This document shows, in pieces, positions 35,331-48,003 of a stretch of DNA of 52,329 bases. This DNA comes from Eremomyces bilateralis CBS 781.70 (Eukaryota): the NCBI GenBank assembly GCA_010015585.1, contig ML975193.1; one strand, given 5' to 3'. The first letter of the stretch is position 1; the number at the start of each line of letters is the position of its first letter. The position numbers were made by a program, and so were the translations under genes. The notes below the pieces were generated by a model. That model was not told where the DNA came from, searched no databases, and saw only the letters and a program-made list of their open reading frames with translations.

Positions 35331-38300
35331 ATGTCCTATAACCGCCTCGGTGAGTAACGCTGTCATTTCTATTCCTCCTCTCGGTCCCATGGTTCGGGGA
35401 ATTCGATGCTCCAGTTTGTTAGAAGTTGGACCCTCGACCCATTTGTTTGTCTGTGGATCCTTCAAAGTTCAAACCTTTAAACATTAGTGCCTTACCGTCG
35501 CCCTTACATACAATATCCGCCCCCCCCGCATTCCTCCCCTAATCTACGCCAAGGGATGCGCAATTTCCTTTGGCTCCTCATACATTTTCATACACTCGTT
35601 TCATCGTTCGACGTTTCTGATTATTTCCGCTAACATCTTTCGCTGTCGCTCAAGGCTCTGTTGGCGGCCACACTGACGACGATTACGACGACCGATACCA
35701 CGCCTCCCAGGAACAGGTCCCGATGAACAACCTCCCACAGAATCGAATCGCCTCACCTGGGCACCCGAATCAGGGTTACCAGCTGGAAGAACGCTATGGC
35801 TCGCCGTTAGAAATACCTGTCGGTCCTGGTCCCGGTCCAGGCACGCCATCGGATCGATTACAAGGGCAGCCGACCGTAAGTCGACGCGACGCGATCATGG
35901 TTCAAAGCGCATAGCTGACGTGTCTTTATCAGTATTCGGTCGAGGGAATGCACAATTCATTCGGCCATAACGAACAATACGACACCACCTATCCCCCTCA
36001 ACACCAGCCCCGTCCAGGCGACTATGCCCTCAACCCCGACGACCACCATGACGCATACTTCTCGCAACCGTACAACCCTTCGCCGCAAGAGGGCCGGCCG
36101 CAAGAGGGCCGGCCGCTCAATCAATATTCCTCTCAGGAAGGAGGATGGCACGACTATGATGACGATAGGCCAATTCTCCAACCCGACAATGTCTACGGTC
36201 CGGATCCCCACAGCCCTGCCAGTCCACATGCGCAGGATCCCTTCCAAGGTGCATATACGGACGCGGCTCCTCAACCGACCCCGAGCCCTGCGCCGGTGCC
36301 GATTCGGAGATGGAAGACCGTCAAAGAGGTGCAATTGTTCCAGGGCAACCTCGTCCTCGATTGTCCCATCCCTCCCCGACTCCTGAATCAAGTCCCGCAT
36401 GCGCAAGCTCCGGAACGCGATGAATTCACCCACATGCGCTACTCCGCCGCGACGTGCGACCCGTCGAACTTTTTCGAGGAGCGCTTCACGCTGCGCCAGC
36501 GGCTGTTCGCCAAACCGCGTCATACGGAGCTGTTCATCGTCATCACCATGTACAACGAGGAGGACGAGCTGTTCGCGCGGACGATGATCGGCGTGATCAA
36601 GAACATCGAGTACATGAATTCGCGCACAAGCAGTAAGACGTGGGGAAAGGATGCCTGGAAGAAGATCGTCGTGTGTGTGGTCAGTGACGGTCGTGCGAAG
36701 ATCAATCCGCGAACGAGAGCCGTCCTAGCTGCCATGGGGGTTTACCAGGACGGCATCGCGAAGCAGCAGGTCAATGGGAAGGACGTGACGGCGCATATCT
36801 ACGAGGTACGTCAACCCTATCCAAAATCATTCGACGCATATTGACACAGCACAGTATACGTCGCAGATGGCGCTCGAGATCAAGCGTGGCGTGGTCCAGG
36901 TGAAACGAGGAAGCACCCCGATTCAGATGCTCTTCTGTCTTAAAGAGAAGAACCAAAAGAAGATCAATTCGCATCGATGGTTCTTCCAGGCGTTCGGTAC
37001 CGTGCTCGACCCGAACATTTGCGTGTTGATCGACGCCGGCACGCGTCCCGGGAAGGATTCCATTTACCATCTGTGGAAGGCCTTCGACCTGGAGCCGATG
37101 TGCGCCGGGGCGTGCGGTGAGATTAAGGCCATGTTGAATAAAGGCAGGAACCTTATCAATCCCCTGGTCGCGACGCAGAATTTCGAGTACAAGATGAGCA
37201 ATATCCTCGATAAGCCGTTCGAATCCGCCTTTGGCTTCATCTCCGTGTTGCCCGGCGCCTTCTCCGCCTACCGATGGATGGCGTTGCAGAACGACAAGAC
37301 CGGACAGGGACCGCTCGAGAAGTACTTCCTTGGGGAGAAGCTCCACGGCGCCAACGCCGGCGTTTTCCAGGCGAACATGTACCTGGCCGAGGATCGAATC
37401 CTCTGCTTCGAACTGGTCTCCAAACGCAACTGCTCGTGGATCCTGCAGTACGTCAAGTCCGCTAACGGCGAGACGGACGTGCCCACGGAGATGTCCGACT
37501 TCATCCTACAGCGTCGTCGATGGTTGAACGGCTCCTTCTTCGCCGCGGTGTACGCCCTCGCGCACGCGTTTACCATCTTCCGCAGCGACCACTCGTTCCT
37601 GCGAAAGGTCATGTTCCTGTTCGAGTTCCTCTACCAAACCATCAGCATGATCTTCGCCTGGTTCGCCATCGGAAACTTCTTCCTGGTGTTCCGTATTCTG
37701 ACCGACTCGTTGCGCGACCCGCTGCTGCTGGGGACTGCGGGGAGGATTTTGGCGATCGTGTTTCAGTGGCTGTATGTGGCGGTGCTGGTCACTTGTTTCG
37801 TGCTCGCGCTGGGGAACCGGCCGCAGGGCTCGAATAAGTTTTACATGAGCATGGTGTACTTCTGGTGTCTCATCATGGGGTACGTTCCCTTTCTTCGTGA
37901 TGCGTCGACAAGCTAACGGCTCATAGGTATCTGATGTTCGCATCGATCTACATTACGGTGCGGGGCATTCAAGAGGAGACCAAGGATGGCGATTTCAGCG
38001 TCTCGGAACTCTACAAGAACCCGCTCTTCTTTACGCTTATTGTGTCTCTTCTCTCCACCTACGTCATGTACTTCATTGCATCCTTCCTCTTCTTTGACCC
38101 ATGGCACATGTTCACTTCGGTAAGTCCCCTGAACATTCTCAAAATGACCTGAAGTTGACGTCTCTTCAGTTCATCCAATACCTCCTCCTAACCCCGACGT
38201 ACATCAACATCCTCAACGTCTACGCCTTCTGCAACACCCACGACATCTCCTGGGGTACCAAAGGCGACGACAAAGCCGAGAAGCTCCCCTCCGCTAACAC

Positions 38301-38739
38301 CAAGCCCGGCGGTAAAGTCGCCGTCGACATCCCCACCGACGACGCCGACCTCAATACCCAATACGAGACTGAATGCCGCGTCTTCGCCTCCAAGTACGAG
38401 GTCCCCAAGAAGATCCCCTCCCCCTCTGACAAGCAGGAGGACTACTACAAGGGCTTCCGCAGCGCCGTCGTGCTGCTGTGGATGTTCACCAACCTCGCCC
38501 TGTGCGCCGTCGTGCTGGCCACGGGGGGGCTACAGGTCTCCGTCGATCCGGAGAAGCGGGATGAGGACTCGAATAATCGGGCGAAGATCTACATGGCGGT
38601 TATCCTGTGGAGCGTGGCGGGACTGAGTATGGTGCGGTTTATCGGCGCGCTTTGGTTTTTGATTGTGCGCATGGTGAGTCTGCCCTCTTCCCACACTTCT
38701 TCGATCCCAACTAACCTCCGCTAGTTCCGCGGTGTCTAA
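35331..38739 (+). CDS. CHS1: Chitin synthase, class I type; multi-exon
   Basis: Micro-exon [61 protein letters not shown]; final exon FRGV*. Confidence 0.95.
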
Positions 38740-39793
38740 ACGCCGCTCGATACGTTTGGTTTCGGTGTCCGGTTCTCACGAAACGGATTTTGTCTATCTA
38801 CCATGTTTCTACCATCTTTGTTCCCGTCCCGTGTTTTGGGTCGAAGATCGCATCGAAACCCATCATGAAAACTGCTGTTATGTATATCAACCGAGCTGGT
38901 CTTGCAGCCGTTTGTTTTCTCCATCTCATGTCAAACTATATTGGGGGCACCCGGCTCGTTGTATAAAATTATCGGTTCTTGGTTTCTGTGTGCAGTATGA
39001 GAGAATGTCGCTACGGATTTGACTTTGATACATAAAGTCCCTTACTGACCGGTCCCGGTGACTGGGCTCAAACTCGAGTGAATAAACCTAGCCGCATGGA
39101 ACAGTCGGCCGTCTCTGAGTCGGCGGATATATACTCAATTTGGATCCTTAGTATATTCCGCTCGTGAGTTCGTGACATTAGGCTGGAAATCACTCTTTGC
39201 TGTGTTATCACTTATGCTCAGCCAGTGGGCGAGAACAAATATGCCTCAGACAATGAGGCCTGAATTGGCCCAGCCATGTCATCCAATCAGAGCTAGCCAT
39301 CGCCGTTGGTTGTGGCTGGGGTCCTCGCCCCTGACGCCACCGAAGACGGCAGAGACGGGAGCCTCCACGTCGTCACAGTTATCTTTGCTGCGGTCACTAC
39401 CAACTGGTGTTCATCGCCTCTATCTGCGGGGTGTTCGGATGGCTGGGATATCATGTCGACGTCGTAGGCATCCCTTTTTGTGCCCAATCGGTCAGTCACT
39501 TGGAGCGATGTGGAATAAGCTGATTTGTTGATAGGCTTGTTGAGTTTCGCTTGTATCTTTCGTTGTGCCCCTGTTGACAACTGACATTCACATCGACCAC
39601 CTCTCTGCTTTTATCCTCCTCGTTTCTTAAATATCTTAAGCAATGCGCTGCTAATTCAGGCGCATGATATACAATACCTTGGCCGGGAGGGGTTCTGTCC
39701 CTTGCTTCATTAGAGTCGATGTTTCTCTAGTCTGATCATGATACATCTGAAATCCCCGCGTTTCCCTAACCTTTCACGAGTCCGACACTGAAA

Positions 39794-41129
39794 ATGGTAT
39801 TCGGGTTACAACGTCGCGGTAGCGTGCCAGCAACCCCCGCCTCCCACCGCTCCGACGAAGACTCGCGGGAAACCCCCCTCCAGGTCCGTCGACTTGTCGC
39901 GCTCAACGCTCCGCTACACAAACTACAGATCAGTCAACGGACCATCTACGAGCGGTTCCTTCCAGGAGGGACCTACATCTCCGCCCACGTCGCCCGCCAA
40001 CAGCCTGGATACTTCAGCAACGATCGCATCGGTGTGCATATCCCGCGCATGCATTTCGTAGCGATCTCCTTCACGTTCCACGCGTCGCATAGCTCCAAGC
40101 AGCGGTTCAAAGCCGCTGAGATCTCCGTTGGCGTCACATGTCCGTCGCGGCGTGGCACCAGTAGCGGAATTTCTGGTGTCCCCGGGGAATATCCGCGGAT
40201 CATCAAGTACGCACCGCATCTCGTCTATGGCGCAATCTCTCCCGAGAACATGAAATGGCAGTTCAACTTAACCGGATCCCTAGGCATCAGCCAGACGCCG
40301 TTGAACGCCTCTCTGCGACCCAGCCGCGGCTACACCAGTTCGGCGACCGTGTACCGATCCATGCGAATCCAAGGCTCCAGCCGCACCGCCTACGTTCATC
40401 GAAACGGTCCCGCGTCCAGCAAAGCTCGAAAGGAGTCGGACTGGGACGCCGTACCCGACGGCGAGGTCGTCTGGACCGTCGAAGAAAACCCCCTCCAAAA
40501 ATCTGGCCTCCCCACCGAATTCACCTTCGTGATGCTCATCTCCCGCCCGGAGAGTCTCTCCGACCGCGACGTCCAAGTCCACGTCCGCGTGAACCCCACG
40601 ATTACGTACAGCGCGGCGCATTACTGGCGCTGGATGCTCGACCGATGGTATCCGCCGGCGAACATCGATCAAACGTCTCCTTTGACGCTGGCGTATCGGA
40701 CGGGGCAGCCGTTCGATGAAGATCCGACGGATGGGGAAGAGTTCAACTTTTCCCAGATTTTGGAGGACTTTGATGAGCAGGTGGAGTTGCCGGGGACGAC
40801 GTATACGCTAAAGGTAGGGTCGTTCTTACGTCTCTGGAGTAGTGGCTTACCTATTACAGGATCCGATCAAGACTGTCCTTGATCCTCGGGGACAAACTCA
40901 TAGGCATCAGGATTGGGGCGCTGAAAGATCGGATGGAAGGATTGGAGACATCGAGTCCCAATCGGCGACCTTGGTTCCGACGCCCAATATCGCAAAGCCT
41001 CGAGTTGCTCAACCGGCCCAAGGCCAGAGCACTCAAACCACTGTGCCGACCGTCGCCCGGCAGCTTGACTCCAATGAGACATCGATGAAATCGGTTCAGA
41101 TTACGGATGTTCCGCAGCAGGAGGTATGA
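39794..41129 (+). CDS. Fungal hypothetical protein
   Basis: Long first exon with coding-like composition (RIIKYAPHLVYG, WQFNLTGSLG, SGLPTEFTFVMLI). Probable intron at 40813-40859; 3' end uncertain. Confidence 0.7.
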
Positions 41130-41430
41130 GATTGAAGCGCCTGCGTACATTCCCGCGAGATAAATCCGTTAGAGGTACCGTGCTTCTTATGAACAAGAGG
41201 TTGAAGCTGAATAGAATCACTGCATGACACTTCTACAAGCCCCATGCGCCAGTATTTCTTGGTTAATGGTTCTTCCTTAGCCAACGCCCTATCATCGGCA
41301 AAGATTTTGGCATGGAGAATTATCAATCACAAGAATCGTTCCCCAAGTCATGTCCCTGGTTCGCCATGCCGACTCCATTAAATCTAGAATAGCAACTGTG
41401 AACGGTGAGTCCCAAGCAAGTTATCACCGC

Positions 41431-42356
41431 CTAGCGTTCCATCCTGTCCTCGTCCTCCTCCTCCTTGGCCTTCCCTAATCCATGCTCCTTGAGCAGAGCA
41501 TCAATCTCCTCCGCACCCCACAAGTGATGGTAGACCTTGCCCTCTTTCGTCTTGCCCACGGTAGCAAATTCAACTGTTCATGGATTAGTCGGGTATTTTG
41601 CGACGGGGTGACAGACGTACTCTTCTCGCTGCTCAAATTGGTCGAGTCCATGGTCTTGCTCAGCACCTTCACCGCCAGTCCGCACGCTTCCTTCAGATTA
41701 CAGTCCCCATTATAATCCTGCTTCAGCAAGCTCTGCGCGCTTGCATTGTTCGCGCCCACGCTCGTGGCCTTCCATCCGCCGTAGTTACCGCTCGGGTTAC
41801 TCTGGTACAGCTGGAAGTGGGTCTGCGGGTCGTAGCCGGCGTAGATGAAGGACACGCCGAACGGACGCAGACCGCCGTGTTGCGTGTACCCTTGCTTCAG
41901 ATCGCACAGCCGACGGACGAGCTGCTCGCAGGGGATGTCTTCGTTGTATGTGAGGAGGTAGCGTTGGGCGGCTTGTCGGGCGTAGTTGATGAGGATGTTG
42001 GCGTCAGCCGTCATTCCAGCCACGGCGCAGATCATGTTGCTAGAGGGAAAGGGTTTAGCATGGTCGGTCGGAAGATTGTCAGGACCTCTACGCACTCGTT
42101 GAGGATGTAAAGCTTCTCGGCGGAAGTGTCCTGCTCCAACAGCTTGCTCGTGACCTTCCTCTCCGCGGCCAGGACGATTCCATCCTGGGCGAGAATCCCC
42201 AGGGCCGTTCCTGCGTGTGAGATGGCTTCCAGGGCGTATTCCACCTGGTACAGGCGACCCTCTGGGGAGAAGATAGTAGTCTACGATTAGCTGTCAGCAA
42301 GGCGTCGTGAACCCTTCACGGTAGGCACCTACTCTTGAATCGTATCTTCGCGACAT
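41431..42356 (-). CDS. PRE9: 20S proteasome subunit alpha-3; 4 exons
   Basis: [40 protein letters not shown] and [11 protein letters not shown]. Confidence 0.97.
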
Positions 42357-42816
42357 GCTGGCGGGTTACGGTGTTTGACCGAAGGGAAACAAGTGAATAA
42401 CGGGACAGTGTCGAAACGGCAATATATGCGACCGAATAGGGCTGGAGGTCAACAGGAGCAGGGAAGTAGTGCAGGGAAATGGAGAGTTCAGTGTTAGTGA
42501 AGCTCTCGTTGACTTCCGATAGTTATGTCAAGCTGCTGGAGGTCCCAAGGCAGGAGCTCGAACGCGTGCAGCGCCAAGACTAGCCGTTTGTGCCTTACGG
42601 CCTTAGGCTGTCAGGCTGAAACAACATGCGCCACATGCGCCACACTTAATCTGCAGAGCCGCAATTGACATCACAGCCACATGGTTTGAGATATCTCAAT
42701 GGAAGTCGACAAGGTCAACTTGCTGATCACTCTCAACATACCAGTGGTTACTGGTGTCTTCATGCTTGACTACATCGTGTCTGATACCTCTATCTAATAT
42801 CCGCGACTAGAACACA

Positions 42817-44466
42817 ATGCTCAAGTCCACCCATCACGTAGTTAATCGACCGCCTCCTCCACCTCCGCAATCCATCGCGGCGCTGCAAGAAGGATGGACC
42901 GAACACACTGCACCATCAGGCCATAACTACTACTACCATGCTGCGACTAAGAAATCAACATATACCCGCCCGGCCCAGGACCCTCCCCCATCGATACCGC
43001 AAAACGAGCCGGCCCACTGGCATCAACAGAGCAGCTTTCCGCCTTCACAATACCCTAGAGCTCCACTCGGCTCACCACAAGCCTATCCACAAGGCGCACA
43101 ACACACACCACACCATGATTTTCCTCGGCGAAGTCATGATGGACGCCGACAACCCCCAGCCGACCGACCCAAGCATCTACATACGATCCCCAACTGCGAC
43201 CCATGGGTGCTGGTGATAACGAAGCTGGGGCGAAGATTTGTTCACAATGTCGAGTCGGGAGAGAGTTTCTGGAAGTTCCCGCCGGATATCCTGTTGGCCG
43301 TAATCAAGTTCGACCATGCACAGCGGGAAGGGAAGAAGATCGAGGAGGGTCCAAAGACGGCCACGACGGAGGCCGGCGCGGCGCCACGGCCTGAGACTGA
43401 ACATGACGCGAAAGAGAAAGAAAACCGCGATGCCGAGGAGCAAAGCGAGTACGAAGAAGTTGAGGTTGAGGTGACGGATAGCGAAGACGAGGAGATGGCC
43501 ACGAAACGACTAAAGCTAGACGGGGAGGAGCAAGCTTTCGAGTTCAACGAAGACGATATGGCATATCAATTAGAGGGCATGGGGGAGGATGACTTTGATG
43601 CCCAAGGTGAATTTGACGACATGATCGCCGAAGAGGATGCAGAAGCGGACGAACTCAGCCCAGAAGATGCGGAACTCCTATTTCAGGATCTGTTGGATGA
43701 TCATCACGTAAATCCCTATACGCCATGGGAGTCGGTCATCGAAAACGATGCGATAATCGATGACTCCCGATATACCGTCCTGCCGAACATGAAATCCCGA
43801 TTGGACGTGTTCAACCGATGGAGCCGACAACGCATTGAGGCGCTGAAGGAAGCCAAAGCGAAGCAGGAGAAGCGAGATCCGCGCATTGCGTACCTCGCCT
43901 TGCTCGACAAGAAGGGGTCTACCAAGCTATATTGGCCGGAGTTTAAGAGGAAGTACCGGGCCGAACCAACGATGAAAGACGGCAAGCTTCTCGACCGCGA
44001 CCGCGAGAAACTGTATCGAGAGCACGTCAAACGACTACAACAAAGCCAGTCTTCGCTAAAAGCCGATTTGACGAAGCTGCTACAATCTCTCCCTTTATCC
44101 TCGTTGAACCGCTCGACGTCTCTCAACGCTCTCCCATCCAGCCTTGCCACCGATATTCGCCTCATCTCCCTCCCCGAGAAAGTCCGCAACCCCATCATCG
44201 AAAGCCACATCTCCAACCTTCCAGAAGCACCCGATCAGGCTGATCGCTCCGAATCGGAGCGGTTCCAAGACGACCAGAAGAAGGCAGAACGAGATCGTAG
44301 AGAACGCGCACTAACCGAGAGGGAACAATTCGCTCGGGAGCAGGCAACCAGAAACTCAAAGTCGCTTATGCACAGCCGAAGGATACTGGAACAGGAACAG
44401 AGGGAGGTGCAAGATGCCATGCGACCGGGGATGAAGGGCCTCAAGAGTCAGTTAGAAGGGTTATAA
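42817..44466 (+). CDS. WW + FF domain protein (TCERG1/Urn1/Dre4-like)
   Basis: WW domains GWTEHTAPSGHNYYYH..STYTRP and WVLVITKLGRRFVHN..ESFWKFP; FF repeats (FQDLLDD..NPYTPWE, LYWPEFKRKY). Confidence 0.88.
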   Translation: MLKSTHHVVNRPPPPPPQSIAALQEGWTEHTAPSGHNYYYHAATKKSTYTRPAQDPPPSIPQNEPAHWHQQSSFPPSQYPRAPLGSPQAYPQGAQHTPHHDFPRRSHDGRRQPPADRPKHLHTIPNCDPWVLVITKLGRRFVHNVESGESFWKFPPDILLAVIKFDHAQREGKKIEEGPKTATTEAGAAPRPETEHDAKEKENRDAEEQSEYEEVEVEVTDSEDEEMATKRLKLDGEEQAFEFNEDDMAYQLEGMGEDDFDAQGEFDDMIAEEDAEADELSPEDAELLFQDLLDDHHVNPYTPWESVIENDAIIDDSRYTVLPNMKSRLDVFNRWSRQRIEALKEAKAKQEKRDPRIAYLALLDKKGSTKLYWPEFKRKYRAEPTMKDGKLLDRDREKLYREHVKRLQQSQSSLKADLTKLLQSLPLSSLNRSTSLNALPSSLATDIRLISLPEKVRNPIIESHISNLPEAPDQADRSESERFQDDQKKAERDRRERALTEREQFAREQATRNSKSLMHSRRILEQEQREVQDAMRPGMKGLKSQLEGL

Positions 44467-45718
44467 CGGACGACCATAGCCGGTTTTATGTCCGCTCGTG
44501 TTGGCGAAGAATGGAAGCCTCGATTCCATGCAATGTGCATAGCACATAGCCTCTTCATCAATATGATAAGAGAGAGGCACCATATTCTGATGCCAGAATC
44601 AGTTCTGGTACCCTCGCAATTATGCGGTTGAACAACTCCCCGTTCGTTAATTAAGCTAACAGATGCGACACGTCCTCTAAAGTCGAGGAGCAATATGAAA
44701 ATCATATCATAGAGACATACGACAGCATTACTGTATCGGTATGCAATCGTACTTCGAACCACGGCACCTCACCGCGGTATCGGCCAAGCGAATACATGGT
44801 CATTTTTGCGACCACTTTCAGACGGAACGAAGCAAGTGTACCATTGCATAGAGATAGAGCTCACAGATAACTTCGCTAGATCGGAATCCAGCAACCATTC
44901 CGAGGGGTGTCGAAGATGCATTCAGTGAGTGATAGTATTGCATGAAGTCCATGAAGTTGAAATCTGATTTAAACGGACGGGATTTGTTGGTCTCTCAATC
45001 GACCACGCACAACTCTATGTTCAGAAGAAGAGTAGTTTATGTATCCTGTTATCTCAACTGGCCTTGGTAGAAGACATGTTCCAATATTTCTAAGTCCATA
45101 TCCCGGACAACATGGGGAAGAACGCAGTGTTTCAGTGTCGAGGATCTACGACTGGAACGACTGAAATACACATCAGTACGCACACCATGACGATATTTAA
45201 TGTCCGTGTTTGCTTTTACCTCATTATGCAGTCCAATCCCAGCAATTTTCCACGGCTTTGGATTAGTATATTGAATGCGTTTACCCGGACTGCGGTACTT
45301 ATTTACTGGCGGAATCGTTGACGCGGATTGATTCTATGGAACGACGACGGTTATCTTTCATCATTGTGGCTAAGCGCATCCAAACTATATATCCGAAATT
45401 ATACCGCATATTCTTGTCTATCGCATTTTCGGGGTTGATTTTCCAGGCAAAATGACACCTTCGGAGATTAGCCCTTCCCAGTACCGTTTGTCGGAAAGGT
45501 TATGACGGTGTAGAGTGCAGCTGCTGAAGGTTTGGATGACCTAAATCCAAGTACTAGGTCGCATTTAGGGGCTATATATACCGCGGGAGGCCACTTCACG
45601 TAGGAAACCAAGTTCGTTGGCTGAGTGTCTTGTTCTTCTGGAAGAATAATATCCTTATCTTTTTCAACACTCGGCCGGGACCCAGAAAAAATTGTCAGCG
45701 GAAGAAGGTCGAAGAGCA

Positions 45719-47404
45719 ATGTTTCCAGTCAACGTCATTTGGAGTCCTCCAGATATCAACCCAATCAACAGCAGAGCAAGGGGCATCCCGGTCTTCAACC
45801 CCATCGACAGGTATGGACGGTATGGTGGTTTTTGTGGATGGGGTTCTTGATTGCATTCTGGTCCTGGTACGCGCCCTTGCCTTAATCTCGCTATAACATT
45901 CGAACGTCTGACAGCTTCAGGTATGCCTTTCCACCCCTCCTGACTCGGACGATCCGACAAGACCTCAATCTCTCGCAGGCAGAAGTCGCCAACTCTAACA
46001 TCGTCGCATTGACAGCGACCATGATCGTCCGTGTGTTTCGGGGCCGCTTTGTGATAGGTTTGGGCCGCGTAACGTGTTCGCGGGATTAATCTTCTGCGGA
46101 GCTATTCCGACGGCACTCACCAGTACAGTCAAATATACAGCTGGACTCATGACACTCCGGTTCTTTGTGGGTATCCTCGGTGGAACTTTTGTGCCTTATC
46201 AGGTCTAGAGCACTAGGTTCTTTAATCTGAATGTCGTTGGGACTGCCAATACGCTGACGGGTGGTCTGGGTAACTCTGGCGGAGGAATCACCTAGTATGT
46301 GGACGCGTGTGCGATAAATCTGATAGTGATGTAGCTAACGTGCTGGCTAGCTTCGCCATGCCGGCGATTTTCGATTCTCTCGTTCATCACCGTGGCCTTA
46401 CTCCGCATATCGCCTGGCGTGTGGCCTTCATCGTTCCATTTATCTTTATCACCACCATTGCCGTTGGCATGCTCCTTCTCTGTGATGACACTCCGACTGG
46501 GAAGTGGTCAGATCGGATGAAGAAGCTCGATGAAAATCATAATAAGTCTCGCCAAGATGGCCTCATCGTGAGTAGCAGAGGCGGTCGACTCCACCCTACT
46601 TCAGAGGTCCCTGAAAAGAATACTCTTGTGACAGCCGAAGAAGGAAAAGGATGTTTCTGAATTGGAAATGGCCGTCGAAGGCGAAACAGAGGTGATCAGC
46701 GAGTACCATCACGAAGCGATCCGGAGCCCGACTCTAAAAGAGACCCTGGAAGTTTTCCTCTCCCCCCAAACCCAAGTCCTAGACTAGTGCTATTTCTGCA
46801 CCTTCGGTAGCGAGTTGGCCATCAACAGCTATCTAGGCTCGTACTACTTGACGAACGTCTCACCGCTTGGACAGCCGGGGAGTGGCCGGTGGGCGGCGAT
46901 GTTTGGACTCCTGAACGTTGCCTTCCGCCCGGCAGGAGGCGTAGTAGCCGATTTGCTATATAAATACACAGACGGAAATCTCTGGGCGAAGAAGATGTGG
47001 GTTCATTTGTGGGAATAATGACGGGCGTGTTCTGCATCATCGTCGGCCTGGTCGACTCCCACCACCTGCCGACGTTCGTGGGCCTCATTGCCGGATTGGC
47101 ATTTTTCATAGATGCAGGAAATGGCGCGATTTTCGGACTGGTGCCACACGTTCATCCCTACGCAGACGGTAAGCTCGGTTACCATCTCCTTGCTGATAGC
47201 CGCTAGCTGAGTTGGAATAGGGGTTGTGTCGGGTTCACGGGCGCTTGGGGGAATCTCGGGGGCATCGTCTTCGCCGTCATCTTCCGCTACCATGGCACGG
47301 ACTACGCGAAGACACATTGGATCATTGACATCGTGATCATCGGGATAAATCTGGCCGGGTGCTGGATCTGTCCTGTGTCGATAGACCAAATTGGGGCAAG
47401 ATAA
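45719..47404 (+). pseudogene. crnA: Nitrate transporter (NRT2/CrnA, MFS) pseudogene
   Basis: Recognisable segments [78 protein letters not shown] and GNLGG. Stops at 46206 and 46785, plus about five frameshifts. Confidence 0.9.
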
Positions 47405-48003
47405 TTAGGGACTTCGTAAGGGTGGCGGACTGGCTTGGTGTCTTGTTAGAAAGTTTCTCCTAATGAACAAACGGTAGGACTGTGATACGATGGAAAATAG
47501 ATATTGCGCAAATGGGCAGTATCGTAATTGAATCGCTGATATAGACCACCATTTCCCGCCTCGTTTTGACCTATTCGGGATTCCGGTGAGAATCGATCTC
47601 TCCATAGCATCTAGTCTCATCACCCCTATCCCATCCTAAGGTTTCATCATGGCCTCGTGATAGGTCGGTGACGCTGAAAGGGACTGAACTTTCACTCTTG
47701 GAACCGTGGAGCGTCGGTATGGGCCATTACGATAGTTGGCTAGACCACCCTGACGCGGACTGGGAGGTATGTTAGGAGACCAATAGGTCTCATAGCGCGG
47801 CTCCATGCTTCTTGCCCTTCGAGATCGTGTTGGTAGGGGATTATGATGGCAAGGGACAAGACCTTCCCAGGCGCATCTCTATCATGAATTCGTCCACTCG
47901 TGAGTCGCTGTTCTCGTTCCCGCTCGAGAGTCGCTGCCCTCGTTCCCGCTCGATACAAACCCGCCCCTCATGGCAAACTCGGGTATCACCTTCCTCATCC
48001 CAT

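Noticed and set aside
45455..45592. NirA-like sites upstream of the nitrate transporter pseudogene
   Set aside because: CCGCGGGAG and CTTCGGAG only approximate the CTCCGHGG consensus, and the scattered GATA motifs are too common to be informative.
46293..46303. Apparent stop ACC TAG in the nitrate transporter
   Set aside because: It is TA|GTATGT, an intron splitting a Tyr codon, so it was not counted as a lesion.
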